From assembly GCA_043801585.1 (NCBI GenBank), contig JAZDLX010000196.1, forward strand, positions 1-49,222: a stretch of 49,222 nt of DNA. Direction: 5' to 3'. The stretch comes from a bacterium. GTDB taxonomy: Bacteria > Electryoneota > Electryoneia > Electryoneales > Electryoneaceae. The notes below the pieces were generated by a model, which saw only the letters and a program-made list of their open reading frames with translations, searched no databases and was not told the DNA's origin. The position numbers and the translations under genes were made by a program. Every line of letters starts with the position of its first letter. Within the stretch, counting starts at the first letter, position 1. Shown piece by piece: positions 1 to 9,360 of this stretch.

Positions 1-165
1 GGCTACCAGGGGATCGTCAGTCGAATCTGCAATCTGTTGCGCTTTGTTAACATCCATCCGGCCAACCGGCACAAAGTCACCCGCCACAACCATTGTGAAG
101 GCTGACATCAGCACGATTACCGCAGCAACCAGAACCAGGGACGTTGGCTTATCCTTTGTTTTCAT
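1..165 (-). CDS. Secreted/periplasmic protein, 5' part only (runs off the window start)
   Basis: ATG at 165 overlaps the TGA of the upstream ligase (TGATG coupling). Open frame MKTKDKPTSLVLVAAVIVLMSAFTMVVAGDFVP... with a signal-peptide-like N-terminus. Confidence 0.7.
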   Translation of the reverse strand, partial: MKTKDKPTSLVLVAAVIVLMSAFTMVVAGDFVPVGRMDVNKAQQIADSTDDPLVA

Positions 166-1913
166 CAGGTTTTCTCCGCGTTGAGCTTCACCATTTCGCC
201 GCTGTAAAGGAAGCGCTTAATCTTCTTCGTTGATGTTTTCTGGAATTCCTCCTCCACGATCCGGAAGGTTTTAATCCGCTTGTAGTCGGCCAATTCTTTC
301 TGAGCCTCCTTAACCTGCTCTTTGAGGAATTTGAACACATCCTCCTCCGAGGGCTTGATTCCCTTTTCCTCGAAGTACAGGTCAAGCTGTTCATAATCCG
401 GATAGATCATCGCCGCGACTTCATCACCCATGCCTTTCTCGCGTGGAATGCCGAGAACCAGCGATTCCAGAATGAAGGGATTGCGATTGAGGTGGAACTC
501 GATTTCCTCCGGATAGACATTTTTACCGCCGTACGTCACAAGCATGTTTTTCGCACGGCCCGTAATCTGCAGGAAACCGTCCGGGTGAATGATCCCCAGG
601 TCGCCTGTCTTGAACCACCCGTCCTCAGTAAAGACCTCTTTCGTCGCCTTCTCGTTGCGATAGTATCCCATGAATATGTTCGGCCCTTTAACACAGACTT
701 CGCCGACCCCCTGATCATTCATATCGATCAGTTTGCACTCGACATCCGGGACCGGCGGCCCCACGCACTCGTGGCGAATTTTGAACAGCAGGTTCACATG
801 AGTGACGGGACTCGTTTCCGTCAGCCCGTATCCCTGGAACAGCAGAAGACCGAGCCGGTTGAAAAAATAGGCCACTGGCGGATCAAGCGGACCGCCGCCG
901 GACGCAAAAATGCGCACAGTGCTCAAGCCCGCCTTTTCTCGCAGGCTCTTGAACAACGGTTTGCCAAGTTTCAACCCAAAGACCTCACCCGCTTTGACCA
1001 CACCCATCATGGCGTTCACCAGCTTGTCCTTGCCGGATTGTTTCAACTTGCGCTGGATTCCCTGCATCATTTTTTCAAAGAGCAACGGAACCCCAACCAT
1101 CATCGTCACCTTTGTATTCCTGATATCCTCGACGATCTCCGCCGACTTCAGCGAGCGCGCATACGTGATGCTGGCTCCACAATAGATGGGCAGCAGAAAG
1201 CCCGCCGTCGCCTCAAAGCTGTGGTGTATCGGAAGCACGGAAAGGAATGTGTCCCCCGGGCCGATTTCGAGGATCCGGCTGGCTGCAGCCACATTGGAGG
1301 CAATGTTGATCTGCGAAAGCATCACTCCCTTGCTATGGCCCGTAGTTCCCGATGTGTACAGAATCGCCGCCATTTCATCGAGTTCACGCTTTGGAAACTC
1401 CGTCGTGCTCTTCCTGCCAAGATCGAGCACTTCATCGAAGGGAATCTTGTCACAGGGCGGCTTGATATCGAAACAGATAACATCCTCAAGAGTTTTAATG
1501 GATGCCATCTCCTCAACCATCTCCGCAAATTTTCCCGAAACGAAAAGAATCCGTGACTCTGAATCGGACAGGATATGCCGGATTCCGGAAGTCGGCATCA
1601 GGCTGTCGCAGGGAACCGCTATCGCCCCGGACGCCTGGATGCCCAGGTAGGCCATTGCCCATTCGGGCCGGTTTTCACCAAGCACGGCGATCCTGTCGCC
1701 CGACTTGACGCCGCGGTCGATCAGCCATCTTGCTACCGCTTCCACGTTCTCTACCAGGGTTCCGTACGTGATTTCGTTATAACCGTCCTTGCCATTCCAT
1801 GTACGCATAACTGGAATGTCGCCAAAAGACTCATAACTGCGTCTGGCCAGCTCGCTAAGCGGAAAAACCCCCTGGTCCGGTCGAAGCTTGTCCCAGTAAA
1901 CGCTCATGTCCAT
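165..1913 (-). CDS. Long-chain fatty acid--CoA/ACP ligase (AMP-binding, ANL superfamily)
   Basis: Motifs YTSGTTGHSKG, QGYGLTET, WFKTGDLG, GRAKNML..GGKNVYPEEIE and terminal KIKR; GGAGGAG RBS. Confidence 0.93.
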   Translation of the reverse strand: MDMSVYWDKLRPDQGVFPLSELARRSYESFGDIPVMRTWNGKDGYNEITYGTLVENVEAVARWLIDRGVKSGDRIAVLGENRPEWAMAYLGIQASGAIAVPCDSLMPTSGIRHILSDSESRILFVSGKFAEMVEEMASIKTLEDVICFDIKPPCDKIPFDEVLDLGRKSTTEFPKRELDEMAAILYTSGTTGHSKGVMLSQINIASNVAAASRILEIGPGDTFLSVLPIHHSFEATAGFLLPIYCGASITYARSLKSAEIVEDIRNTKVTMMVGVPLLFEKMMQGIQRKLKQSGKDKLVNAMMGVVKAGEVFGLKLGKPLFKSLREKAGLSTVRIFASGGGPLDPPVAYFFNRLGLLLFQGYGLTETSPVTHVNLLFKIRHECVGPPVPDVECKLIDMNDQGVGEVCVKGPNIFMGYYRNEKATKEVFTEDGWFKTGDLGIIHPDGFLQITGRAKNMLVTYGGKNVYPEEIEFHLNRNPFILESLVLGIPREKGMGDEVAAMIYPDYEQLDLYFEEKGIKPSEEDVFKFLKEQVKEAQKELADYKRIKTFRIVEEEFQKTSTKKIKRFLYSGEMVKLNAEKT

Positions 1914-2088
1914 GAGCCATCTCCTCCGTAACGCCGAACGGGCTGACAGTCAGGCAGTCAATGAATCTGTCTCCGTTCGACGGTGGATCGCTTGTTTTTA
2001 TCAGATGGCTCCAAGATGGAGGGCCTTGTCTGATGAGATCAACAGAGAGTGCGGGTGACTTCCAAATCGCAGGAGTCTTTTGCTCTCC

Positions 2089-2107
2089 TATGTAATTCAA
2101 TTACATA
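2089..2107. promoter_or_regulatory. Perfect inverted repeat TATGTAATT-C-AATTACATA, probable operator in the divergent ligase/MFS promoter region
   Basis: 19-bp AT-rich dyad in a GC-rich background, about 60 bp upstream of the MFS start. Confidence 0.55.
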
Positions 2108-2167
2108 TATTTTTCTTCCTTTCATTCCCTCAACAAAAAGCCGGAGTGCTCATCAGGTGAGATTTCG

Positions 2168-3370
2168 ATGATGCCGCAGAAACTCTACACAAAATCATTC
2201 TTTCTGCTCTTCAGCTATAATTTTTTCATGGCGTTGAATTTCACAAACAACGCCATCTACCCCCTGTATGTGAAACATTCGGGCGGTACGGCGGAGACGG
2301 TGGGAGCTTTTATGGCGGCGGCCAGCCTTGCCGCCGTTACGGGTCGCCCACTGATCGGATGGATGATCGATCGATGGGGCACAAAGCCTGTTTTTCTCCT
2401 GGGCAGTCTGGGTATGGCTCTCCCTTCGCTTGGTTATTGGGGGCTTCTTGGCCAAGGGCTGGTGCCCGCCGTGTGGGCGCTCCGCCTGCTGCACGGCTTC
2501 GGCTATGGAGCCCACTTTTCCGCATTCTTTACCTCGGCCGCCGAGAGCGCCCCGAAGGGCAGGAGGAATGAAGCGATTGCGATGTACGGTTTTTCCGGAC
2601 TGATGGCGAACCTGATAGGACCCATGCTCGGTGAGCAGGTTTTTGATCTTTACGGACTCGGCCCCTTTTTCCTGATGGTTACCTCCTTTGCCCTGGTCGG
2701 CGCCACCATCGTCCTGATGTTCAAACCCTTTCCCCGTGACAGCGAAGTGAAACCACCCGCGATCGGCAGCGCCTTGAAACTCCTGGGCGCTCGTCCGCTG
2801 TGGTTGGTTTTCGCACTCGCCTTTCTCCTCTCCGCCTGTTATTCGACACCCCCGGCGTTTCTCGGACCGATGGCGAGGGAGCGTGAGATCGCGCGATTTG
2901 GACTTTACTTCACCGGGTATGCTGTAGGTGGAATGGGGATACGTCTGCTCGGCCGAAAATGGGGCGACCGGTTCGGATTGCGGCGTGTCTTGATTCCCTC
3001 TTTCCTTGTTTACGCGACAGCCATGTTCACCCTGTTCCTCGCTCACAGCACGGGCGTTGTGGTCCTCGCAGGTCTGCTTGCAGGGATTGCGCACGGACTC
3101 GCCTTTCCGGCGGTCAACGCCCTCGCCTATGGCCTTGCCCCGGTGGGTTCCGGTGGATCCATTATCGCGATGCTGACGGGAATGATGGACGTTTCGACAA
3201 TGACCACGGCCTATCTCTTCGGAGTGCTCGCGGAACGGTTCGGTTATCCGGCAGCTTTTCCGGCCGCAGCGTCTGCGGGAGTGCTCGCCTCCCTGCTGGT
3301 GGTGATAAGCGTCTTGCGAAAACGGGCGGCGATTCGATGGCGAGGTGAACAGGTTCCGCCGATCCGTTAG
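2168..3370 (+). CDS. MFS transporter (about 12 TM)
   Basis: MFS motif A in both halves (GWMIDRWGTK; KWGDRFGLRR), RLLHGFG, and about 12 hydrophobic segments. Confidence 0.92.
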   Translation: MMPQKLYTKSFFLLFSYNFFMALNFTNNAIYPLYVKHSGGTAETVGAFMAAASLAAVTGRPLIGWMIDRWGTKPVFLLGSLGMALPSLGYWGLLGQGLVPAVWALRLLHGFGYGAHFSAFFTSAAESAPKGRRNEAIAMYGFSGLMANLIGPMLGEQVFDLYGLGPFFLMVTSFALVGATIVLMFKPFPRDSEVKPPAIGSALKLLGARPLWLVFALAFLLSACYSTPPAFLGPMAREREIARFGLYFTGYAVGGMGIRLLGRKWGDRFGLRRVLIPSFLVYATAMFTLFLAHSTGVVVLAGLLAGIAHGLAFPAVNALAYGLAPVGSGGSIIAMLTGMMDVSTMTTAYLFGVLAERFGYPAAFPAAASAGVLASLLVVISVLRKRAAIRWRGEQVPPIR

Positions 3371-4731
3371 TTGGGGTCAGGGCGACGTTGCCACGGCAGG
3401 TGCATCCCGTGACTCCGATAATGAACATGGGCGTGTTCCGGGATCCTTCGCTGCTCCCAGTCGGGCTTTCCTTCCTTTCCGAAAAGGTCAAAAAACGTCT
3501 TTTCCAGCCTTGTTTTTTCGTCCTCGGTGAAAGTCGCCCGATGTTCCTTCAACACCGCCATGGGCACCTGGCAGATGAGACAATCAACGATCACGATCTG
3601 GTCATCTTCGTAATATTTTGTCGTCTTGATTTCCTCATCGAACACCAGTCCGCAGAGGTCACAGGAAGGATCATACCGCTTGAGTCCCTGGCTGGTCTGC
3701 CGCTGTAGAACCTCCCCGTTTCCATTTTTCTTCATCCTGTCGCGGCGAGTGGTCAACCACTTCTTCCAGCGATACCATTCGACGGTCTGACCCATTCCCG
3801 CGTGGAGCGGAATCTTGCCCTCGAACCCAAGGCGCTCTTTCGCCTTTTCTCCCGAGATGATCCAGCGTGGAGCCAGCACGTCGGGAAGTTTGTCAGACCG
3901 GAAAGGAGCCTGACCGATCGTCTCGAGCAACGGGTAGAGCAGCGGATAGCCATACCGGAGCAAAGCAGTCGGCAGTTCAATGGATCGCGCTTTTGTTCCC
4001 AGCACCTGTGCAATCACCTCGTTGAGCTGCGCGTGGGTGACCGGCGGGAACGGTGCGGCATGGAAAATCTCCCCAACCGCCTTCGGGTGGGTCATCTGCA
4101 TGAGCACCTGCCGCGCAAGATCCTGTACATGAATCAGATTGAGTTCACTACCGCGTCCGATCAGTGGAGCCACCCCTCTTTCAATCATCTTGAACAGGGG
4201 AAGAAAAGCTTTGTCTCGCGGTCCGTACACCGAAGGCGGGCGGATGATAGTCACCGGGAGTCTGTTCCTGTTCCGTAGGAGCCACTCTTCCGCGAGGAGT
4301 TTGCTGCGGCCATAATCCGTTTTCGGTGCGGGAATGTCGTTTTCAATACGTGGCCGTGAACCTAGCGTTGATCCACCGGCGGCCTGGCTCGAGACGTAGA
4401 GGAACCGTGACAGTTTTGGCGCCACCTCGACCACCGCGTTGAACAGCGTTTTTGTCCCTTCGGTGTTGTGCAGGTAATAGAGGGAGCGATGAGGCTGGCT
4501 GGTCACGCCGGCGTTGTGAAGCACGTAATCGACGCCGTCCGCCGCCTTCCTCAGGGCTTCCGCGTCGTTCAGGGGTGCTTCGACCTTCACAACTGACTTT
4601 TCCTGCAGCCATGTCAGGTCGGATGTCGCACGCACCGCCGCACGCACTTCATATCCCTCACGGAGCAGTGCATCAACGATATGACTACCAACAAAACCGT
4701 TGGCGCCTGTGATCAGAACCGTCTCCGCCAT
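3367..4731 (-). CDS. NAD(P)-dependent epimerase/dehydratase-family extended SDR (candidate ceramide/oxo-sphingoid reductase) fused to a C-terminal Zn/HIT-like domain
   Basis: TGANGFVG Rossmann motif, VSSQAA, YGRSK (YxxxK), RPPSVYGP. The last ~100 aa contain CDLC, CLIC and HAHVH. Confidence 0.85.
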   Translation of the reverse strand: MAETVLITGANGFVGSHIVDALLREGYEVRAAVRATSDLTWLQEKSVVKVEAPLNDAEALRKAADGVDYVLHNAGVTSQPHRSLYYLHNTEGTKTLFNAVVEVAPKLSRFLYVSSQAAGGSTLGSRPRIENDIPAPKTDYGRSKLLAEEWLLRNRNRLPVTIIRPPSVYGPRDKAFLPLFKMIERGVAPLIGRGSELNLIHVQDLARQVLMQMTHPKAVGEIFHAAPFPPVTHAQLNEVIAQVLGTKARSIELPTALLRYGYPLLYPLLETIGQAPFRSDKLPDVLAPRWIISGEKAKERLGFEGKIPLHAGMGQTVEWYRWKKWLTTRRDRMKKNGNGEVLQRQTSQGLKRYDPSCDLCGLVFDEEIKTTKYYEDDQIVIVDCLICQVPMAVLKEHRATFTEDEKTRLEKTFFDLFGKEGKPDWEQRRIPEHAHVHYRSHGMHLPWQRRPDPN

Positions 4732-4855
4732 ACCCTCGCCTGCGATAACAAATTGTACAAAACATCCTGTTTGTATCGTTTCAGGTGGTTTTATTCGCTT
4801 TTAATTCAAATAGTTACGTTACGGGCCTTTCCCACTTCTTCGCTGTACGTTTTTC

Positions 4856-5989
4856 CTAAAGCGTTTTCTCATACATCCGGTAAACCTTTTTACGCTTGCC
4901 TCCCATCATTTCGGCAGCGCGATTCATCATGGTGTTCGTTTCAAGGATCCAGCTCATTTCTCCGCGCTCAATGCCTTTCTTGGCCCCCTCTACAAAATGA
5001 TCGTAATAGAACACCGAATCGACGCCACGATTTCGGTACTCCTCGAGGACGCCCATTACGACAATTCTCGCCGATTTGATCGCCTTCGGCCGGGTGTACC
5101 AGAGGATTTTGAGCAACCCGAAGGGGAACAGCCTGCCATCACGGACTTTAACGATGGCTTCGTTGATGTTCGGAAGTGCGAGGGAAAACCCCACAAGACG
5201 GTCCGTATCAGGCTCTTCGGCAAGGAAGATCTGATCGAAATCGGCCACGGATTTCAGGTTGTTGGCAAGATGGCGAAACTCCCCCTCGGTGAACGGGATG
5301 GCACTCCAGTTCTTTTCCCAGGCTTTGCTGTGGACTTCCCAGACTTTCATTGCGTCACGCCAGAAGTTTTTCTTTTCAAATTTGCGAAAACGGAGTTTCG
5401 TCCGTTTACGGATCGCTTCCGCCCCCCGCCGCAACTTTTCGGTCATTTGATCCTGGGTAACCTCATAGGAAAATACATCCATAACCTTGGCGTAGCCCCG
5501 GTGTTCGATCAGAGTCGGGTAATAGGGAGGGTTGTAAGTCATCATGACAAAGGGGATTTCATCATAATAGTTCAGGAGAATCCCCATCTCCTCGTTGATG
5601 TGGGGGTTGAACGGGCCGACGACCTTGTCGAAACCCCATTCACGGCATTGAGCTTCGGCGGCGTCGAAAAGCGCAGTAGCCACGTCATTATCGTCAATGC
5701 ATTCGAAGTGCCCGAAATGGCCCGTGTTCTCCTGGTGGACCTCGTTGTGCCGATCGTTCCTGATGGCAGCAATGCGACCCACCGGCTTGCCGCCACGGTA
5801 GGCGACATAGCGCCGCATCTCGCCGTTCTCGAAGAAAGGATTCTTTTTCTCGTCGAAGAGTTCCTTGATCTGTACTCGCAGTGGGGGCACCCAGTGCGGA
5901 TACTTGCCTTCAATAATGTAGGCTGCTTCGATAAAATCCTTGAAAGCCTTCCCTGAGGTTGCATCAGCGATCACTACCTTTTCCGCCAT
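4856..5989 (-). CDS. YghO-like GNAT-fold N-acyltransferase, probable bacterial ceramide synthase (bCerS-like)
   Basis: Motifs WVPPL, NPFF, GRIAA, GHFGHFECIDD, GPFNP, MTYNPPYY, PFGLLK, MGVLEEYRNRG and EMSWILETN. Start moved to ATG 5989 behind a GAGGAGG RBS. Lies directly downstream of spt. Confidence 0.8.
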   Translation of the reverse strand: MAEKVVIADATSGKAFKDFIEAAYIIEGKYPHWVPPLRVQIKELFDEKKNPFFENGEMRRYVAYRGGKPVGRIAAIRNDRHNEVHQENTGHFGHFECIDDNDVATALFDAAEAQCREWGFDKVVGPFNPHINEEMGILLNYYDEIPFVMMTYNPPYYPTLIEHRGYAKVMDVFSYEVTQDQMTEKLRRGAEAIRKRTKLRFRKFEKKNFWRDAMKVWEVHSKAWEKNWSAIPFTEGEFRHLANNLKSVADFDQIFLAEEPDTDRLVGFSLALPNINEAIVKVRDGRLFPFGLLKILWYTRPKAIKSARIVVMGVLEEYRNRGVDSVFYYDHFVEGAKKGIERGEMSWILETNTMMNRAAEMMGGKRKKVYRMYEKTL

Positions 5990-6115
5990 ACCGGCCTCCT
6001 CTCTGCACCCCATTGCAAAGGCCGGGAGTTCCATACCCGGCCGAAAGATGGTTAATCTATTTCTTCACGGCTGCAAAGCCGCACAATTCCCGCTCGCTGA
6101 CATCACCTGGATTTC

Positions 6116-7336
6116 CTATCCCTTCTCCGTGGGCGCCTCTTCCTTCGCGGTGCGTCTGAGGAATCCAAGGGTCTTGCCCACTTTCACCAGTTTATCCACT
6201 GCAAAATCAAGGTGTTTTTCTTCCAGGGACGACATCAGTGAAAGCCTGATCAGGGCGCGCCCGGGCGGAACCGCCGGGCTGATCACGGGGTTGACGAACA
6301 CCCCCTCTTCCTGAAGCATGATGCAGGCCCGGAAGGATGTCATATCCTCGCCAACATACACCGGAATGATCGGGGTTTCGGGTTTGCCGATGTCAAAGCC
6401 CGCATCGAAAAGCATCTTCCTCAGGTAGTTGGTCAGATACCAGAGACGTTCGATCCGTTCCGGTTCCCGCTTGATGATCTCGACCGCCTTGATGACAGCC
6501 GCCATGTTCGCAGGCGGAGGGCTGGCGCTGAAGATCAACGCGCGACTGTTGAATTTCAGGTAATGAACGACATCCTCGTCCGCGGCGAAGAATCCGCCGA
6601 TCGACGCAAAGGATTTGCTGAATGTGCCGATGGTGCCGAGGATACGACCCTTCAGCGAAAAATGGGCGGCGGTTCCCTGTCCACCCGGCCCGAGCACACC
6701 CACCGCGTGGGCGTCGTCCACAATAACGTCCGCGTCATATTTATCCGCAAGGCGAACAATGTCCGGCAACGGAGCGATATCACCTTCCATGGAAAAGACA
6801 CCATCTACGACGATCAGTTTCGACTTGTCCTTGATCGTCTTCAGTTTCTTTTCCAGGTCTTCCATGTCATTGTGGGCAAACTTGATCGTCTTGCCGAAGG
6901 TCAACCGGCTTGCGTCGATAATGCTTGCATGCACCATCCTGTCAAGAACCAGCATGCCTTCACGGGGAACCAGGTGGCTGATCACTCCCTGGTTTGTCAT
7001 GAAGCCGGTGGAAAAAACGAGCGCCGCTTCGGACCCCATGAATTCGGCGAGCACCTCTTCACACTTGATGTGGACCGCGAGAGTACCGTTCAGAAAACGT
7101 GACCCCGCGCATCCGGTTCCGTACCGTCGGATGGCCTCTATCGCGGCCGCTTTCACCTCGGGGTGATTTGTCAATCCCAGATAATTGTTGGATCCCATCA
7201 TCACAACTTCTTTGCCATTCATCAAGACCGTGGGTCCCTGCTCGCTTTCGATGGGCCGGAAGTAGGGATTCAGGCCCTGCGCAATCACCTCTCTGGCGAT
7301 GGTAAACTCTTTTACCTTTTCTCGAATTCTTTTCAT
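6116..7336 (-). CDS. spt: Serine palmitoyltransferase (alpha-oxoamine synthase family, PLP-dependent)
   Basis: NPYFR, MGSNNYLGL, GCAGSRFLNGT, DGVFSMEGD, DDAH and the PLP-lysine motif GTFSKS. Context with the bCerS-like gene favours Spt over BioF/Kbl. Confidence 0.8.
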   Translation of the reverse strand: MKRIREKVKEFTIAREVIAQGLNPYFRPIESEQGPTVLMNGKEVVMMGSNNYLGLTNHPEVKAAAIEAIRRYGTGCAGSRFLNGTLAVHIKCEEVLAEFMGSEAALVFSTGFMTNQGVISHLVPREGMLVLDRMVHASIIDASRLTFGKTIKFAHNDMEDLEKKLKTIKDKSKLIVVDGVFSMEGDIAPLPDIVRLADKYDADVIVDDAHAVGVLGPGGQGTAAHFSLKGRILGTIGTFSKSFASIGGFFAADEDVVHYLKFNSRALIFSASPPPANMAAVIKAVEIIKREPERIERLWYLTNYLRKMLFDAGFDIGKPETPIIPVYVGEDMTSFRACIMLQEEGVFVNPVISPAVPPGRALIRLSLMSSLEEKHLDFAVDKLVKVGKTLGFLRRTAKEEAPTEKG

Positions 7337-7398
7337 GGGCCGTTTGGGTCCTCGTCGCCGCGGTGCTGGATGGAACTCCTCATCCTCCGCGTGGATTT

Positions 7399-9135
7399 CT
7401 ACGCCTTTGGCTCGGGGCTTACTTCAGCCCAGGCTTCATCATACCACCGTTTCAGCGTCGCGAGTGCATCTTTCTCCGGCACAACCTGCTTTTCTCCGTT
7501 GCGACGGTTCTTGATCTCGAGTTTCCCCTCGTCAAGGTTACGCTCGCTGACCACCACCTGGAAAGGAAAACCGAGCAAATCAGCATCTTTAAACTTGAAA
7601 CCGGGCCGTTCGTCTCTGTCGTCCAAAGCGGCGTCGTACCCGTCTTTTTTCAGGTTCTCAAAAAGATTTTCCGCCGTGGACAACGTTTTCTGATCGTTCA
7701 CGTTGAGCGCGATGACCACCACCTCATAGGGTGCCAGCGAAATCGGCCAGACGATTCCGCTACGATCGGCATGGCTTTCGATGACGGAAGCAATCATTCG
7801 TCCAACACCGATTCCATAGGAACCCATGACGACCGGTACATCCTTGCCATCCGCGTTCAACACGGTCGTCCCCATCGCGGAACTGTATTTCGTGCCGAGC
7901 TTGAAGATGTGTCCGAGCTCGATCGCCTTGAACACATGCAGGGGTGATCCACAATTGGGGCAGGGTTCACCCTCGCGCACAATCCGCAGGTCATGGTACT
8001 CGTCCGGCTTGAACGACTCGTCCACCTGGACACCGGTGATGTGGTAATGGTTCTCGTTTGCGCCGGTGGCCATGTTACGCGCCTTACGCAGATGCAGGTC
8101 CGCGTATATGGGCAGCTTTCCTTCCAGCCCCACAGGACCGAGGAAACCGATTTCGGCGCCGATGGCATCCTTCACCTCGTCTGGATGGGCAGGACGCATT
8201 GACGCCCCAAGCAGTCGCAGCAACTTTGATTCGTTGACCTCATCGTCACCGCGGACGAGCACCATGGCCAGTCCCCGGTCTCCCATGAAAATAAGCGACT
8301 TGATGAACTGTCCAGGTGTCAGTTTCAGAATTGCCGCCACCTCTTCCACGGTGCGTTGCTCGGGAGTGTAAACCTTTGTCAGAGGTTGGATCTTTTCGCT
8401 GGACGACGCCTCGATAACACCGCTCGTCGCCACCTCGACATTCGCCGCGTAGTCGCAATCGTCACACACCGCGCAGGTGTCCTCGCCAGCGTCCGACGCA
8501 ACCATGAACTCTTCGCTGCCGGTTCCACCCATCAACCCGCTGGACGCTCCAACGACAAAAAAGTCGAGCCCCGCACGGCGGAAGATCCTGCGGTAGGCTT
8601 CGTCATGCTTCTGATAACTCACGTCAAGCCCCGCCTGGTCCACGTCGAGGCTGTAAGCGTCTTTCATAACGAATTGGCGGGTGCGGAGTTCGCCCGAGCG
8701 GGGACGGGGTTCGTCACGGAATTTCGTCTGAATCTGGTACCAGATCTGAGGCAGCTGTTTGTAACTGCGAACCTCCCCGCGTGCTATCGAACAGATGATC
8801 TCTTCGTGGGTCGGAGCAAGCACCAGTTCGCGATTCTTCCGGTCCTTCAAACGGAACAACTCGGGACCGAAATCCTCGTAACGTTTTGTTTCCTGCCAGA
8901 TCTCGGCAGGATTCAGGGCCGGCATCAACAGCTCCTGACCGCCAATCCGGTCCATCTCTTCACGGATGATGTTCGTCGCCTTCAACGCAGCGCGCTGGCC
9001 AAAGGGGAGGTAGCTGTAAACACCCGCCATCAGGCTGCGCACCATGCCTGCCCGCAGCATCAGCTTGTGGCTGATCACCACGGCATCAGCCGGGACCTCT
9101 TTCAGGGTTGGAATAAATGCTTTTGACAATCGCAT
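7399..9135 (-). CDS. proS: Proline--tRNA ligase (bacterial type with editing insertion)
   Basis: MRLSKAFIPTLKE start at 9135; LAPTHEE, KFRDEPRPR, IELGHIFKLGTKYS, MGSYGIGVGR and anticodon domain DDRDERPGFKFKDADLLG. Confidence 0.97.
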   Translation of the reverse strand: MRLSKAFIPTLKEVPADAVVISHKLMLRAGMVRSLMAGVYSYLPFGQRAALKATNIIREEMDRIGGQELLMPALNPAEIWQETKRYEDFGPELFRLKDRKNRELVLAPTHEEIICSIARGEVRSYKQLPQIWYQIQTKFRDEPRPRSGELRTRQFVMKDAYSLDVDQAGLDVSYQKHDEAYRRIFRRAGLDFFVVGASSGLMGGTGSEEFMVASDAGEDTCAVCDDCDYAANVEVATSGVIEASSSEKIQPLTKVYTPEQRTVEEVAAILKLTPGQFIKSLIFMGDRGLAMVLVRGDDEVNESKLLRLLGASMRPAHPDEVKDAIGAEIGFLGPVGLEGKLPIYADLHLRKARNMATGANENHYHITGVQVDESFKPDEYHDLRIVREGEPCPNCGSPLHVFKAIELGHIFKLGTKYSSAMGTTVLNADGKDVPVVMGSYGIGVGRMIASVIESHADRSGIVWPISLAPYEVVVIALNVNDQKTLSTAENLFENLKKDGYDAALDDRDERPGFKFKDADLLGFPFQVVVSERNLDEGKLEIKNRRNGEKQVVPEKDALATLKRWYDEAWAEVSPEPKA

Positions 9136-9360
9136 GTCAGCTGTGCTCTCTGCTGCGGTTGGTTTCATCGGGCGCGAACGGTGATCGCGAGGCCCTTTCG
9201 GAAGCAACCCACAAGTATACGGTTTCGATGATTGGCAAGTAAAGCCATTCACAGCCACCCATCATCCCCGTTTGAGTGTCACGTTTTGCTGAAGTCCCCT
9301 TGACCGGGCAGTGTGAGCAGGACCACTTTAGCCGCACATGAGAATCTCGTGGGAGAAGTG

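Noticed and set aside
6116..7336. Annotation as BioF or Kbl
   Set aside because: There are no biotin or tdh genes nearby, and the adjacent bCerS-like gene favours Spt. A phylogeny is needed to be sure.
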